A DNA stretch of 64,000 bases from Hemiscyllium ocellatum. Its lineage: Eukaryota. The stretch lies in NCBI RefSeq assembly GCF_020745735.1, contig NW_026867529.1, forward strand, positions 186,001-250,000, written 5' to 3'. Below the pieces are notes generated by a model that was not told the DNA's origin, made no database searches, and saw nothing but the letters and a program-made list of their open reading frames with translations. The translations under genes were made by a program, and so were the position numbers. Positions 47,501 to 62,500 of this stretch are shown piece by piece; within the stretch, counting starts at the first letter, position 1; each line of letters starts with the position of its first letter.

Positions 47501-50500
47501 TTAGTTCTGAGGGAGGGCCGCACTGTCAGGAGTTTAGTACTGAGGGCACCACTGTCAGGAGTTTAGTACTGAGGGAGGGCCGCACTGTCAGGAGTTTAGT
47601 TCTGAACGAGGGCCGCACTGTCAGGAGTTTAGTACTGAGGGAGGGGCGCGCTGTCAGGGGTTTAGTACTGAGGGAGGGCCGCACTGTCAGGAGTGTAGTA
47701 CTGAGGGAGGGACGCACTGTCAGGAGTTTAGTTCTGAACGAGGGCCGCACTGTCAGGAGTTTAGTACTGAGGGAGGGACGCACTGTCAGGAGTTTAGATC
47801 TGAACGAGGGCTGCTCTGTCAGGAGTTCAGTACTGAGGGATGGCCGCACTGGCAGGAGTTTAGTACTGAGGGAGGGCTGCACTATCAGGTGTTTAGTACT
47901 GAGGGAGGACACCATTGTCAGGAGTTTAGTACTGAGGGAGGGCTGCACTGTAAGGAGTTGAGTACTGAGGGAGGGCCGCACAGTCAGGAGTTTAGTACTG
48001 AGGAGGGCACCACTGTCAGGAGTTTAGTACTGAGGGAGGTTTGCACTGTCAGAATTTAGTACTGTGGGAGGGCCGCACAGTCAGGAGTATCGTACTGAGG
48101 GAGGGCCACACTGTCAGGGGTGTAGTACTTAGGGAGGGCCGCACTGTCAGGAGTTTAGTACTGAGGGAGGTTCGCACTGTCAGGAGTTTAGTACTGAGGG
48201 AGGGCCGCACTGTCAGGAGTTTAGTACTGAGGGAGGGCCGCACTGTCAGGATTTTAGTACTGAGGGAGGGCCACACTGTCAGGATTTAGTTCTGAGGGAG
48301 GTGTGCAATGTCAGTGGTTTAGTTCTGAGGGAGGGCGGCAGTGTCATGAGTTTAGTACTGAGGGACTGCGGCACTATCAGGAGTTTAGTTCTGAGGGAGG
48401 GCGGCACTGTGATGAGTTTAGTACTGAGGGAGGGCGGCACTATCAGGAGTTTAGTTCTGAGGGAGGGCCGCACTGTCAGGAGTTTTGTACTGAGGGAGTG
48501 CCGCACTGTCAGGAGTTTAGTTCTGAGGGAGGGCCGCACTGTCAGGAGTTTAGTACTGAGGGAGGGCACCACTGTCAGGAGTTTAGTACTGAGGGAGGGC
48601 CGCACTGTCAGGAGTTTAGTTCTGAACGAGGGCCGCACTGTCAGGAGTTTAGTACTGAGGGAGGGGCGCGCTGTCAGGTGTTTAGTACTGAGGTAGGGCC
48701 GCACGGTCAGGAGTTTAGTACTGAGGGAGGGACGCACTGTCAGGAGTTTAGTTCTGAACGAGGGCCGCACTGTCAGGAGTTTAGTACTGAGGGAGGGACG
48801 CACTGTCAGGAGTTTAGTTCTGAACGAGGGCCGCACTGTCAGGAGTTTAGTACTGAGGGATGGCCGCACTGGCAGGAGTTTAGTACTGAGGGAGGGCTGC
48901 ACTATCAGGTGTTTAGTACTGAGGGAGGGCACCATTGTCAGGAGTTTAGTACTGAGGGAGGGCTGCACTGTAAGGAGTTGAGTACTGAGGGAGGGCTGCA
49001 CTGTCAGGAGTTTAGTTCTGAGGGACGGCACCACTGTCAGGAGTTTAGTACTGAGGGAGGTTCGCACTGTCAGGAATTTAGTACTGAGGGAGGTCCGCAC
49101 AGTCAGGAGTTTCGTACTGAGGGAGGGCCACACTGTCAGGGGTGTAGTACTTAGGGAGGGCCGCACTGTCCGGAATTTAGTACTGAGGGAGGGCCGCACA
49201 GTCAGGAGTTTAGTACTGAGGGAGGGCCGCACTGTCAGGGGTGTGGCACTGAGGGAGTGCCCCACTGTCAGGAGTTTAGTACTGAGGGAGGTTCGCACTG
49301 TCAGGAGTTTAGTACTGAGGGAGGGCCGCACTGTCAGGAGTTTAGTACTGAGGGAGGGCTGCACTGTCAGTATTTAGTACCGATAGAGGGCTGAACTGTC
49401 AGGATTTTAGTACTGAGGGAGGGCCACACTGTCAGGAGTTTAGTTCTGAGGGAGGTTCGCACTGTCAGGAGTTTAATACTGAGGGAGGGCCGCACTGTCA
49501 GGAGTTTAATACTGAGGGAGGGCCGCACTGTCAGTAGTTTTGTACCGAGGGAGGGCTGCACTGTCAGGATTTTAGGACTGAGGGAGGACCGCACTGTCAG
49601 GATTTTAGGACTGAGGGAGGGCCACACTGTCAGGAGTTTAGTTCTGAGGGAGGTGTGCAATGTCAGTGGTTTAGTTCTGAGGGAGGGCGGCACTGCCAGG
49701 AGTTTAGTTCTGAGGGAGGTTCGCACTGTCAGGAGTTTAGGACTGAGGGAGGGCCGCACTGTCACGAGTTTAGTACTGAGGGAGGGCCGCACTGTCAGGA
49801 GTTTATTACTGAGGGAGGTTCGCTCAGTCAGGAGTTTCGTTTTGAGGGATAGCTGCACTGTCAGGAGTTTAGTACTGAGGGAGGGCCGCACTGTCAGGAG
49901 TTTAGTACTGAGGGAGGGCCACACTGTCAGGAGTTTTGTACTGAGGGAGGGCCGCACTGTCAGGAGTTTAGTACTGAGGGAGGTTCGCACTGTCAGGAGT
50001 TTCGTTTTGAGGGATAGCTGCACTGTCAGGAGTTTAGTACTGAGGGAGGGCCGCACTGTCAGGAGTTTTGTACTGAGGGAGTGCCGCACTGTCAGGAGTT
50101 TAGTTCTGAGGGAGGGCCGCACTGTCAGGAGTTTAGTACTGAGGGCACCACTGTCAGGAGTTTAGTACTGAGGGAGGGCCGCACTGTCAGGAGTTTAGTT
50201 CTGAACGAGGGCCGCACTGTCAGGAGTTTAGTACTGAGGGAGGGGCGCGCTGTCAGGGGTTTAGTACTGAGGGAGGGCCGCACTGTCAGGAGTGTAGTAC
50301 TGAGGGAGGGACGCACTGTCAGGAGTTTAGTTCTGAACGAGGGCCGCACTGTCAGGAGTTTAGTACTGAGGGAGGGACGCACTGTCAGGAGTTTAGATCT
50401 GAACGAGGGCTGCTCTGTCAGGAGTTCAGTACTGAGGGATGGCCGCACTGGCAGGAGTTTAGTACTGAGGGAGGGCTGCACTATCAGGTGTTTAGTACTG

Positions 50501-53500
50501 AGGGAGGACACCATTGTCAGGAGTTTAGTACTGAGGGAGGGCTGCACTGTAAGGAGTTGAGTACTGAGGGAGGGCCGCACAGTCAGGAGTTTAGTACTGA
50601 GGAGGGCACCACTGTCAGGAGTTTAGTACTGAGGGAGGTTTGCACTGTCAGAATTTAGTACTGTGGGAGGGCCGCACAGTCAGGAGTATCGTACTGAGGG
50701 AGGGCCACACTGTCAGGGGTGTAGTACTTAGGGAGGGCCGCACTGTCAGGAGTTTAGTACTGAGGGAGGTTCGCACTGTCAGGAGTTTAGTACTGAGGGA
50801 GGGCCGCACTGTCAGGAGTTTAGTACTGAGGGAGGGCCGCACTGTCAGGATTTTAGTACTGAGGGAGGGCCACACTGTCAGGATTTAGTTCTGAGGGAGG
50901 TGTGCAATGTCAGTGGTTTAGTTCTGAGGGAGGGCGGCAGTGTCATGAGTTTAGTACTGAGGGACTGCGGCACTATCAGGAGTTTAGTTCTGAGGGAGGG
51001 CGGCACTGTGATGAGTTTAGTACTGAGGGAGGGCGGCACTATCAGGAGTTTAGTTCTGAGGGAGGGCGGCACTATGATGAGTTTAGTACTGAGGGAGGGC
51101 GGCACTATCAGGAGTTTAGTTCTGAGGGAGGGCGGCACTTTCAGGAGTTTATTACTGAGGGAGGGCCGCACTGTCAGGAGTTTAGTACTGAGGGAGGGCC
51201 GCACTGTCAGGTGTTTAGTACTGAGGGAGGGCTGCACTGTCAGGAGTTTAGTACCGAGGGAGTGCCGCACTGTCAGGATTTTAGTTCTGAGGGACGTGTG
51301 CAATGTCAGTGGTTTAGTTCTGAGGTAGGGCGGCACTGTCAGGAGTTTAGTACTGAGGGAGGGTGGCACTATCAGGAGTTTATTACTGAGGGAGGGCCGC
51401 ACTGTCAGGAGTTTAGTACTGAGGGAGGGCTGCACTGTCAGGAGATTAGTTCTGAGGGAGTGCATCATTTTCTGGAGTTTAGTACTGATGGAGGGCTGCA
51501 CTGTCAGGAGTTGAGTACTGAGGAGGGCACCACTGTCAGGAGTTTAGTACTGAGGGAGTGCATCATTTTCTGGAGTTTAGTACTGATGGAGGGCTGCACT
51601 GTCAGGAGTTTAGTACTGAGGAGGGCACCACTGTCAGGAGTTTAGTACTGAAGGGGTTTCGCACTGTCAGGAATTTAGTACAGAGGGAGGGCCGCACAGT
51701 CAGGAGTTTAGTACTGAGGGAGGGCCACACTGTCAGGGGTGTAGTACTGAGGGAGGGCCCCACTGTCAGGAGTTTAGTACTGAGGGAGGGCCACACTGTC
51801 AGGAGTTTAGTACTGAGGGAGGACTGCACTGTCAGGATTTTAGTACTGAGGGAGGGCCACACTGTCAGGAGTTTAGTACTGAGGGAGGACTGCGCTGTCA
51901 GTAGTTTAGTACCGAGGGAGGGCCGGACTGTCAGGATTTTAGTACTGAGGGAGGGCCACACTGTCAGGAGTTTAGTTCTGAGGGAGGTGTGCAATGTCAG
52001 TGGTTTAGTTCTGAGGGAGGGCGGCACTGTCAGGAGTTTAGTACTGAGAGTGGGCCGCCCTGTCAGGAGTTTAGTACTAAGGGGTGGCACCACTGTCAGG
52101 ATTTTAGTTCTGAGGGAGTGCACCACTGTCAGGAGTTTAGTACTGAGGGAGGGCCGCACTGTCAGGAGTTTACTTCTGAGGGAGGTTCACACTGTCAGGA
52201 GTTTAGTACTGAGGGAGGGCCACACTGTCAGGAGTTTAGTACTGAGGGAGGACTGCACTGTCAGTAGTTTAGTACCGAGGGAGGGCCGGACTGTCAGGAT
52301 TTTAGTACTGAGGGAGGGCCACACTGTCAGGAGTTTAGTTCTGAGGGAGGTGTGCAATGTCAGGGGTTTAGTTCTGAGGGAGGGCACCACTGTCAGGAGT
52401 TTAATACTGAGAGTGGGCCGCACTGTCAGGAGTTTAGTACTGAGGGAGGGCGGCACTGTCAGGAGTTTAGTACTGAGGGAGTGCGGCACTGTCAGGAGTT
52501 TAGTACTGAGGGAGGGCCGCACTGTCAGGAGTTTAGTACTAAGGGGTGGCACCACTGTCAGGATTTTAGTTCTGAGGGAGTGCACCACTGTCAGGAGTTT
52601 AGTACTGAGGGAGGGCCGCACTGTCAGGAGTTTAGTTCTGAGGGAGGGCCGCACTGTCAGGAGTTTAGTTCTGAGGGAGGTTTGCACTGTCAGGAGTTTA
52701 GTACTGAGAGTGGGCCGCACTGTCACGAGTTTAGTACTGAGGGAGGGCCGCACTGTCAGGAGTTTAGTTCTGAGGGAGGGCCGCACTGTCAGGAGTTTAG
52801 TACTGAGGGAGGGCCACACTGTCAGGAGTTTAATACTGAGGGAGGGCCGCACTGTCAGGAGTTTAGTTCTGAGGGAGGGCCGCACTGTCAGGAGTTTAGT
52901 ACTGAGGGAGGGCACCACTGTCAGGAGTTTAGTACTGAGGGAGTGCCGCACTGTCAGGAGTTTAGTTCTGAGGGAGGGCCGAACTGTCAGGAGTTTAGTA
53001 CTGAGGGAGCGGCGCACTGTCAGGAGTTTAGTACTGAGGGAGGGCCGCACAGTCAGGAGTTTAGTACTGAGGGAGGGGCGCACTGTCAGGAGTTTAGTAC
53101 TGAGGTAGGGCCGCACTGTCAGGAGTTTAGTACTGAGGGAGGGCCGCACTGTCAGGAGTTTAGTACTGAGGGAGTGTTGTATTGTCAGGAGTTTAGTACT
53201 GAGGGAGGGCCGCTCTGTCAGGGGTTTAGTACTGAGGGAGGGCCGCATTGTCAGGAGTTTAGTACTGAGGGAGGGCCGCACTGTCAGGAGTTTATTACTG
53301 AGGGAGGTTCGCACTGTCAGGAATTTAGTACTGAGGTAGGGCCGCACTGTCAGGAGTTTAGTACTTAGGGATGGCCGCACTGGCAGGAGTTTAGTACTGA
53401 GGGAGCGCTGAACTGTCAGGAGTTTAGTACTGAGGGAGGGCACCTTTGCCAGGAATTTTGTCCTGAGGGAGGGCTGCACTGTCAGGAGTTGAGTACTGAG

Positions 53501-56500
53501 GGAGGGCCGCACAGTCAGGAGTTTAGTACTGAGAAGTGCACCACTGTCAGGAGTTTAGTACTGAGGGAGATTCGCACTGTCAGGAATTTAGTACTGAGGG
53601 AGGTCCGCACAGTCAGGAGTTTCGTACTGAGGGAGGTCCGCACTGTCAGGTGTTTAGTACCGAGGGAGGGCCGCACTGTCAGGATTTTAGTTCTGAGGGA
53701 CGTGTGCAATGTCAGTGGTTTAGTTCTGAGGGAGGGCGGCACTGTCAGGAGTTTAGTACTGAGGGAGGGCGGCACTATCAGGAGTTTATTACTGAGGGAG
53801 GGCCGCACTGTCAGGAGTTTAGTACTGAGGGAGGGCTGCACTGTCAGGAGTTTAGTTCTGAGGGACGGCACCACTGTCAGGAGTTTAGTACTGAGAGTGG
53901 GCCGCACTGTCAGGAGTTTAGTACTGAGGGAGGGCCGCACTGTAAGGAGTTTAGTACCGAGGGAGGGCTGCACTGTCAGGATTTTAGTACTGAGGGAGGG
54001 CCGGACTGTCAGGATTTTAGTACTGAGGGAGGGCCACACAGTCAGGAGTTTAGTTCTTAGGGATGTGTGCAATGTCAGTGGTTTAGTTCTGAGGGAGGGC
54101 GGCACTGTCAGGAGTTTAGTACTGAGAGTGGGCCGCACTGTCAGGAGTTTAGTACTGAGGGAGGGCGGCACTGTCAGGAGTTTAGTACTGAGGGAGGGCG
54201 GCACTGTCAGGAGTTTAGTACTGAGGGAGGGCCGCACTGTCAGGAGTTTAGTACTAAGGGGTGGCACCACTGTCAGGATTTTAGTTCTGAGGGAGTGCCC
54301 CACTGTCAGGAGTTTAGTACTGAGGGAGGTTCGCACTGTCAGGAGTTTAGTACTGAGGGAGGGCCGCACTGTCAGGAGTTTAGTTCTGAGGGAGGGCCGC
54401 ACTGTCAGGAGTTTAGTACTGAGGGAGGGCACCACTGTCAGGAGTTTATTACTGAGGGAGTGCCGCACTGTCAGGAGTTTAGTTCTGAGGGAGGGCCGAA
54501 CTGTCAGGAGTTTAGTACTGAGGGAGGGGCGCACTGTCAGGAGTTTAGTACTGAGGTAGGGCCGCACAGTCAGGAGTTTAGTAATGAGGGAGGGGCGCAC
54601 TGTCAGGAGTTTAGTACTGAGGTATGGCCGCACTGTCAGGAGTTTAGTACTGAGGGAGGGCCGCACTGTCAGGAGTTTAGTACTGAGGGAGTGTTGTATT
54701 GTCAGGAGTTTAGTACTGAGGGAGGGCCGCTCTGTCAGGTGTTTAGTACTGAGGGAGGGCCGCATTGTCAGGAGTTTAGTACTGAGGGAGGGCCGCACTG
54801 TCAGGAGTTTATTACTGAGGGAGGTTCGCACTGTCAGGAATTTAGTACTGAGGTAGGGCCTCACTGTCAGGAGTTTAGTACTTAGGGATGGCCGCACTGG
54901 CAGGAGTTTAGTACTGAGGGAGGGCTGCACTGTCAGGAGTTTAGTACTGAGGGAGGGCACCTTTGCCAGGAATTTAGTCCCGAGGGAGCGCTGCACTGTC
55001 AGGAATTTAGTACTGAGGGAGGTCCGCACAGTCAGGAGTTTCGTACTGAGGGAGGGCCGCACTGTCAGGTGTTTAGTACCGAGGGAGGGCCGCACTGTCA
55101 GGATTTTAGTTCTGAGGGACGTGTGCAATGTCAGTGGTTTAGTTCTGAGGTAGGGCGGCACTGTCAGCAGTTTAGTACTGAGGGAGGGCGGCACTATCAG
55201 GAGTTTATTACTGAGGGAGGGCCGCACTGTCAGGAGTTTAGTACTGAGGGAGGGCTGCACTGTCAGGAGTTTAGTTCTGAGGGACGGCACCACTGTCAGG
55301 AGTTTAGTACTGAGGGAGGGCCGCACTGTCAGGAGTTTAGTACCGAGGGAGGGCTGCACTGTCAGGATTTTAGTACTGAGGGAGGGCCACACTGTCAGGA
55401 GTTTAGTTCTGAGGGAGGTGTGCAATGTCAGTGGTTTAGTTCTGAGGGAGGGCGGCACTGTCAGGAGTTTAGTACTGAGAGTGGGCCGTACTGTCAGGAG
55501 TTTAGTACTGAGGGAGGGCGGCACTGTCAGGAGTTTAGGACTGAGGGAGGGCGGCACTGTCAGGAGTTTAGTACTGAGGGAGGGCTGCACTGTCAGTATT
55601 TAGTATCGAGGGAGGGCTGAACTGTCAGGATTTTAGTTCTGAGGGACGTGTGCAATGTCAGTGGTTTAGTTCTGAGGTAGGGCGGCACTGTCAGGAGTTT
55701 AGTACTGAGGGAGGGCGGCACTATCAGGAGTTTATTACTGAGGGAGGGCCGCACTGTTTCAAGTTTAGTACTGAGGGAGGGCTGCACTGTCAGGAGTTTA
55801 GTTCTGAGGGACGGCACCACTGTCAGGAGTTTAGTACTGAGGGAGGGCCGCACTGTCAGGAGTTTAGTACCGAGGGAGGGCTGCACTGTCAGGATTTTAG
55901 TACTGAGGGAGGGCCACACTGTCAGGAGTTTAGTTCTGAGGGAGGTGTGCAATGTCAGTGGTTTAGTTCTGAGGGAGGGCGGCACTGTCAGGAGTTTAGT
56001 ACTGAGAGTGTGCCGTACTGTCAGGAGTTTAGTACTGAGGGAGGGCGGCACTGTCAGGAGTTTAGGACTGAGGGAGGGCGGCACTGTCAGGAGTTTAGTA
56101 CTGAGGGAGGGCCGCACTGTCAGGAGTTTAGTACTGAGAGTGGGCCGCACTGTCACGAGTTTAGTACTGAGGGAGGGCCGCACTGTCAGGAGTTTAGTTC
56201 TGAGGGAGGGCCGCACTGTCAGGAGTTTAGTACTGAGGGAGGGCCGCACTGTCAGGAGTCTAGTACTGAGGGAGGGCCACACTGTCAAGAGTTTAGTACT
56301 GAGGGAGGGCCGCACTGTCAGGAGTTTCGTACTGAGGGAGGTCCGCACAGTCAGGAGTTTCGTACTGAGGGAGGGCCACACTGTCAGGGGTGTAGTACTT
56401 AGGGAGGGCCACACTGTCAGGAGTTTAGTTCTGAGGGAGGGCCGAACTGTCAGGAGTTTAGTACTGAGGGAGGGGCGCACTGTCAGGAGTTTAGTACTGA

Positions 56501-59500
56501 GGGAGGGCCGCACAGTCAGGAGTTTATACTGAGGGAGGGGCGCACTGTCAGGAGTTTAGTACTGAGGTAGGGCCACACTGTCAGGAGTTTAGTACTGAGG
56601 GAGGTCCGCACTGTCAGGAGTTTAGTACTGAGGGAGGGCGGCACTGTCAGGAGTTTAGGACTGAGGGAGGGCGGCACTGTCAGGAGTTTAGTACTGAGGG
56701 AGGGCCGCACTGTCAGGAGTTTAGTACTGAGAGTGGGCCGCACTGTCACGAGTTTAGTACTGAGGGAGGGCCGCACTGTCAGGCGTGTAGTACTTAGGGA
56801 GGGCCGCACTGTCAGGAGTCTAGTACTGAGGGAGGTTCGCACTGTCAGGAGTTTAGTACTGAGGGAGGGCCGCACTGTCAGGTGTTTAGTACTGAGGGAG
56901 GGCTGCACTGTCAGGAGTTTAGTACTGAGTGAGGGCCGCACTGTCAGGGGTGTAGCACTGAGGGAGGGCCCCACTGTCAGGAGTTTAGTATTGAGGGAGG
57001 TTCGCACTGTCAGGAGTTTAGTACTGAGGGAGGGCCGCACTGTCAGGAGTTTAGTACTGAGGGAGGGCTGCACTGTCAGTATTTAGTATCGAGGGAGGGC
57101 TGAACTGTCAGGATTTTAGTACTGAGGGAGGGCCACACTGTCAGGAGTTTAGTACTGAGGGAGGGCCGCACTGTCAGGAGTTTAGTTCTGAGGGAGGGCG
57201 GCACTGTCAGGAGTTTAGTACTGAGGGAGGGCAGCACTGTCAGGAGTTTAGTTCTGAGGGAGGTGTGCAATGTCAGTGGTTTAGTTCTGAGGGAGGGCAG
57301 CACTGCCAGGAGTTTAGTACTGAGGGAGGTTCGCACTGTCAGGAGTTTAGTACTGAGGGAGGTTCGCACTGTCAGGAGTTTCGTTTTGAGGGATAGCTGC
57401 ACTGTCAGGAGTTTAGTACTGAGGGAGGGCCGCACTGTCAGGAGTTTAGTACTGAGGGAGGGTCACACTGTCAGGAGTTTTGTACTGTGGGAGTGCCGCA
57501 CTGTCAGGAGTTTAGTTCTGAGGGAGGGCCGCACTGTCAGGAGTTTAGTACTGAGGGAGGGCACCACTGTCAGGAGTTTAGTACTGAGGGAGGGCCGCAC
57601 TGTCAGGAGTTTAGTTCTGAACGAGGGCCGCACTGTCAGGAGTTTAGTGCTGAGGGAGGGGCGCACTATCAGGAGTTTAGTACTGAGGTAGGTCCGCACG
57701 GTCAGGAGTTTAGTACTGAGGGAGGGACGCACTGTCAGGAGTTTAGTTCTGAACGAGGGCCGTACTGTCAGGAGTTTAGTACTGAGGGAGGGCCGCACTG
57801 TCAGGAGTTTAGTACTTAGGGAGTGTTGTATTGTCAGGAGTTTAGTACTGAGGGAGGGCCGCTCTGTCAGGGGTTTGGTACTGAGGGAGGGCCGCACTGT
57901 CAGGGGTGTAGCACTGAGGGAGGGCCACACTGTCAGGAGTTTAGTATTGAGGGAGGTTCGCACTGTCAGGAGTTTAGTACTGAGGGAGGGCCGCACTGTC
58001 AGGAGTTTAGTACTGAGGGAGGGCTGCACTGTCAGTATTTAGTATCGAGGGAGGGCTGAACTGTCAGGATTTTAGTACTGAGGGAGGGCCCCACTGTCAG
58101 GAGTTTAGTATTGAGGGAGGTTCGCACTGTCAGGAGTTTAGTACTGAGGGAGGGCCGCACTGTCAGGAGTTTAGTTCTGAGGGAGGGCGGCACTGTCAGG
58201 AGTTTAGTACTGAGGGAGGGCCGCACTGTCAGGAGTTTAGTTCTGAGGGAGGTGTGCAATGTCAGTGGTTTAGTTCTGAGGGAGGGCAGCACTGCCAGGA
58301 GTTTAGTACTGAGGGAGATTCGCACTGTCAGGAGTTTAGTACTGAGGGAGGTTCGCACTGTCAGGAGTTTCGTTTTGAGGGATAGCTGCACTGTCAGGAG
58401 TTTAGGACTGAGGGAGGGCCGCACTGTCAGGAGTTTAGTACTGAGGTAGGGCCACACTGTCAGGAGTTTTGTACTGTGGGAGTGCCGCACTGTCAGGAGT
58501 TTAGTTCTGAGGGCGGGCCGCACTGTCAGGAGTTTAGTACTGAGGGAGGGCACCACTGTCAGGAGTTTAGTACTGAGGGAGGGCCGCACTGTCAGGAGTT
58601 TAGTTCTGAACGAGGGCCGCACTGTCAGGAGTTTAGTGCTGAGGGAGGGGCACACTATCAGGAGTTTAGTACTGAGGGAGGGCCGCACTGTCAGGAGTTT
58701 AGTACTGAGGGAGGGCCACACTGTCAGGAGTTTAGTACTGAGGCAGGTCCGCACTGTCAGGAGTTTAGTTCTGTGGGAGGGCCGTACTGTCAGGAGTTTA
58801 GTACTGAGGGCGGGCACCACTGTCAGGATTTTAGTTGTGAGGGAGGGCCGCACTGTCAGGAGTTTAGTACTGAGGGAGGGGCGCACTGTCATGAGTTTAG
58901 TACTGAGGGAGGGCCGCACTGTCAGGAGTTTAGTTGTGAGGGAGGTCCGCACAGTCAGGAGTTTAGTTGTGAGGGATGGCCGCATTGTCAGGATTTTAGT
59001 ACTGAGGGAGGGCCGCACTGTCAGGAGTTTAGTTCTGAGGGAGGTGTGCAATGTCAGTGGTTTAGTTCTGAGGGAGGGCAGCACTGCCAGGAGTTTAGTA
59101 CTGAGGGAGGTTCGCACTGTCAGGAGTTTAGTACTGAGGGAGGTTCGCACTGTCAGGAGTTTCGTTTTGAGGGATAGCTGCACTGTCAGGAGTTTAGTAC
59201 TGAGGGAGGGCCGCACTGTCAGGAGTTTAGTACTGAGGGAGGGCCACACTGTCAGGAGTTTTGTACTGTGGGAGTGCCGCACTGTCAGGAGTTTAGTTCT
59301 GAGGGAGGGCCGCACTGTCAGGAGTTTAGTACTGAGGGAGGGCACCACTGTCAGGAGTTTAGTACTGAGGGAGGGCCGCACTGTCAGGAGTTTAGTTCTG
59401 AACGAGGGCCGCACTGTCAGGAGTTTAGTACTGAGGGAGGGGCGCACTATCAGGAGTTTAGTACTGAGGTAGGTCCGCACGGTCAGGAGTTTAGTACTGA

Positions 59501-62500
59501 GGGAGGGACGCACTGTCAGGAGTTTAGTTCTGAACAAGGGCCATACTGTCAGGAGTTTAGTACTGAGGGAGGGCCGCACTGTCAGGAGTTTAGTACTTAG
59601 GGAGTGTTGTATTGTCAGGAGTTTAGTACTGAGGGAGGGCCGCTCTGTCAGGGGTTTAGTACTGAGGGAGGGCTGCACTATCAGGTGTTTAGTACTGAGG
59701 GAGGGCTGCACTGTAAGGAGTTGAGTACTGAGGGAGGGCCGCACAGTCAGGAGTTTAGTACTGAGGAGGGCACCACTGTCAGGAGTTTAGTACTGAGGGA
59801 GATTCGCACTGTCAGAATTTAGTCCTGTGGGAGGGCCGCACAGTCAGGAGTTTCGTACTGAGGGAGGGCCACACTGTCAGGAGTTTAGTACTGAGGGAGG
59901 GCCGCACTGTCAGGATTTTAGTACTGAGGGAGGTTCGCACTGTCAGGAGTTTAGTACTCAGGGAGGGCCGCACTGTCAGGATTTTAGTACTGAGGGAGGG
60001 CCGCACTGTCAGGATTTTAGTACTGAGGGAGGGCCGCACTGTCAGGAGTTTAGTTCTGAGGGAGGTGTGCAATGTCAGTGGTTTAGTTCTGAGGGAGGGC
60101 GGCACTGTCAGGAGTTTAGTACTGAGGGAGGGCCACACTGTCAGGAGTTTAGTACTGAGGGAGGGCCGCACTGTCAGGAGTTTAGTTCTGAGGGAGGGCG
60201 GCACTGTCAGGAGTTTAGTACTGAGGGAGGGCCGCACTGTCAGGAGTTTAGTTCTGAGGGAGGTGTGCAATGTCAGTGGTTTTGTTCTGAGGGAGGGCAG
60301 CACTGCCAGGAGTTTAGTACTGAGGGAGGTTCGCACTGTCAGGAGTTTCGTTTTGAGGGATAGCTGCACTGTCAGGAGTTTAGTACTGAGGGAGGGCCGC
60401 ACTGTCAGGAGTTTAGTACTGAGGGAGGGCCACACTGTCAGGAGTTTTGTACTGTGGGAGTGCCGCACTGTCAGGAGTTTAGTTCTGAGGGAGGGCCGCA
60501 CTGTCAGGAGTTTAGTACTGAGGGAGGGCACCACTGTCAGGAGTTTAGTACTGAGGGAGGGCCGCACTGTCAGGAGTTTAGTTCTGAACGAGGGCCGCAC
60601 TGTCAGCAGTTTAGTGCTGAGGGAGGGGCGCACTATCAGGAGTTTAGTACTGAGGTAGGTCCGCACGGTCAGGAGTTTAGTACTGAGGGAGGGACGCACT
60701 GTCAGGTGTTTAGTTCTGAACGAGGGCCGTACTGTCAGGAGTTTAGTACTGAGGGAGGGCCGCACTGTCAGGAGTTTAGTACTTAGGGAGTGTTGTATTG
60801 TCAGGAGTTTAGTACTGAGGGAGGGCCGCTCTGTCAGGGGTTTAGTACTGAGGGAGGGCCGCACTGTCAGGAGTTTAGTACTGAGGGAGGGCTGCACTAT
60901 CAGGTGTTTAGTACTGAGGGAGGGCTGCACTGTAAGGAGTTGAGTACTGAGGGAGGGCCGCACAGTCAGGAGTTTAGTACTGAGGAGGGCACCACTGTCA
61001 GGAGTTTAGTACTGAGGGAGGTTCGCACTGTCAGAATTTAGTCCTGTGGGAGGGCCGCACAGTCAGGATTTTAGTACTGAGGGAGGTTCGCACTGTCAGG
61101 AGTTTAGTACTCAGGGAGGGCCGCACTGTCAGGATTTTAGTACTGAGGGAGGGCCGCACTGTCAGGATTTTAGTACTGAGGGAGGGCCGCACTGTCAGGA
61201 GTTTAGTTCTGAGGGAGGTGTGCAATGTCAGTGGTTTAGTTCTGAGGGAGGGCGGCACTGTCAGGAGTTTAGTACTGAGGGAGGGCCACACTGTCAGGAG
61301 TTTAGTACTGAGGGAGGGCCGCACTGTCAGGAGTTTAGTTCTGAGGGAGGGCGGCACTGTCAGGAGTTTAGTACTGAGGGAGGGCCGCACTGTCAGGAGT
61401 TTAGTTCTGAGGGAGGTGTGCAATGTCAGTGGTTTTGTTCTGAGGGAGGGCAGCACTGCCAGGAGTTTAGTACTGAGGGAGGTTCGCACTGTCAGGAGTT
61501 TCGTTTTGAGGGATAGCTGCACTGTCAGGAGTTTAGTACTGAGGGAGGGCCGCACTGTCAGGAGTTTAGTACTGAGGGAGGGCCACACTGTCAGGAGTTT
61601 TGTACTGTGGGAGTGCCGCACTGTCAGGAGTTTAGTTCTGAGGGAGGGCCGCACTGTCAGGAGTTTAGTACTGAGGGAGGGCACCACTGTCAGGAGTTTA
61701 GTACTGAGGGAGGGCCGCACTGTCAGGAGTTTAGTTCTGAACGAGGGCCGCACTGTCAGCAGTTTAGTGCTGAGGGAGGGGCGCACTATCAGGAGTTTAG
61801 TACTGAGGTAGGTCCGCACGGTCAGGAGTTTAGTACTGAGGGAGGGACGCACTGTCAGGTGTTTAGTTCTGAACGAGGGCCGTACTGTCAGGAGTTTAGT
61901 ACTGAGGGAGGGCCGCACTGTCAGGAGTTTAGTACTTAGGGAGTGTTGTATTGTCAGGAGTTTAGTACTGAGGGAGGGCCGCTCTGTCAGGGGTTTAGTA
62001 CTGAGGGAGGGCCGCACTGTCAGGAGTTTAGTACTGAGGGAGGGCTGCACTATCAGGTGTTTAGTACTGAGGGAGGGCTGCACTGTAAGGAGTTGAGTAC
62101 TGAGGGAGGGCCGCACAGTCAGGAGTTTAGTACTGAGGAGGGCACCACTGTCAGGAGTTTAGTACTGAGGGAGGTTCGCACTGTCAGAATTTAGTCCTGT
62201 GGGAGGGCCGCCCAGTCAGGAGTTTCGTACTGAGGGAGGGCCACACTGTCAGGAGTTTAGTACTGAGGGAGGGCCGCACTGTCAGGATTTTAGTACTGAG
62301 GGAGGTTCGCACTGTCAGGAGTTTAGTACTGAGGGAGGGCCGCACTGTCAGGATTTTAGTACTGAGGGAGGGCCGCACTGTCAGGATTTTAGTACTGAGG
62401 GAGGGCCACACTGTCAGGATTTAGTTCTGAGGAAGGTGTGCAATGTCAGTGGTTTAGTTCTGAGGGAGGGCGGCACTGTCATGAGTTTAGTACTGAGGGA

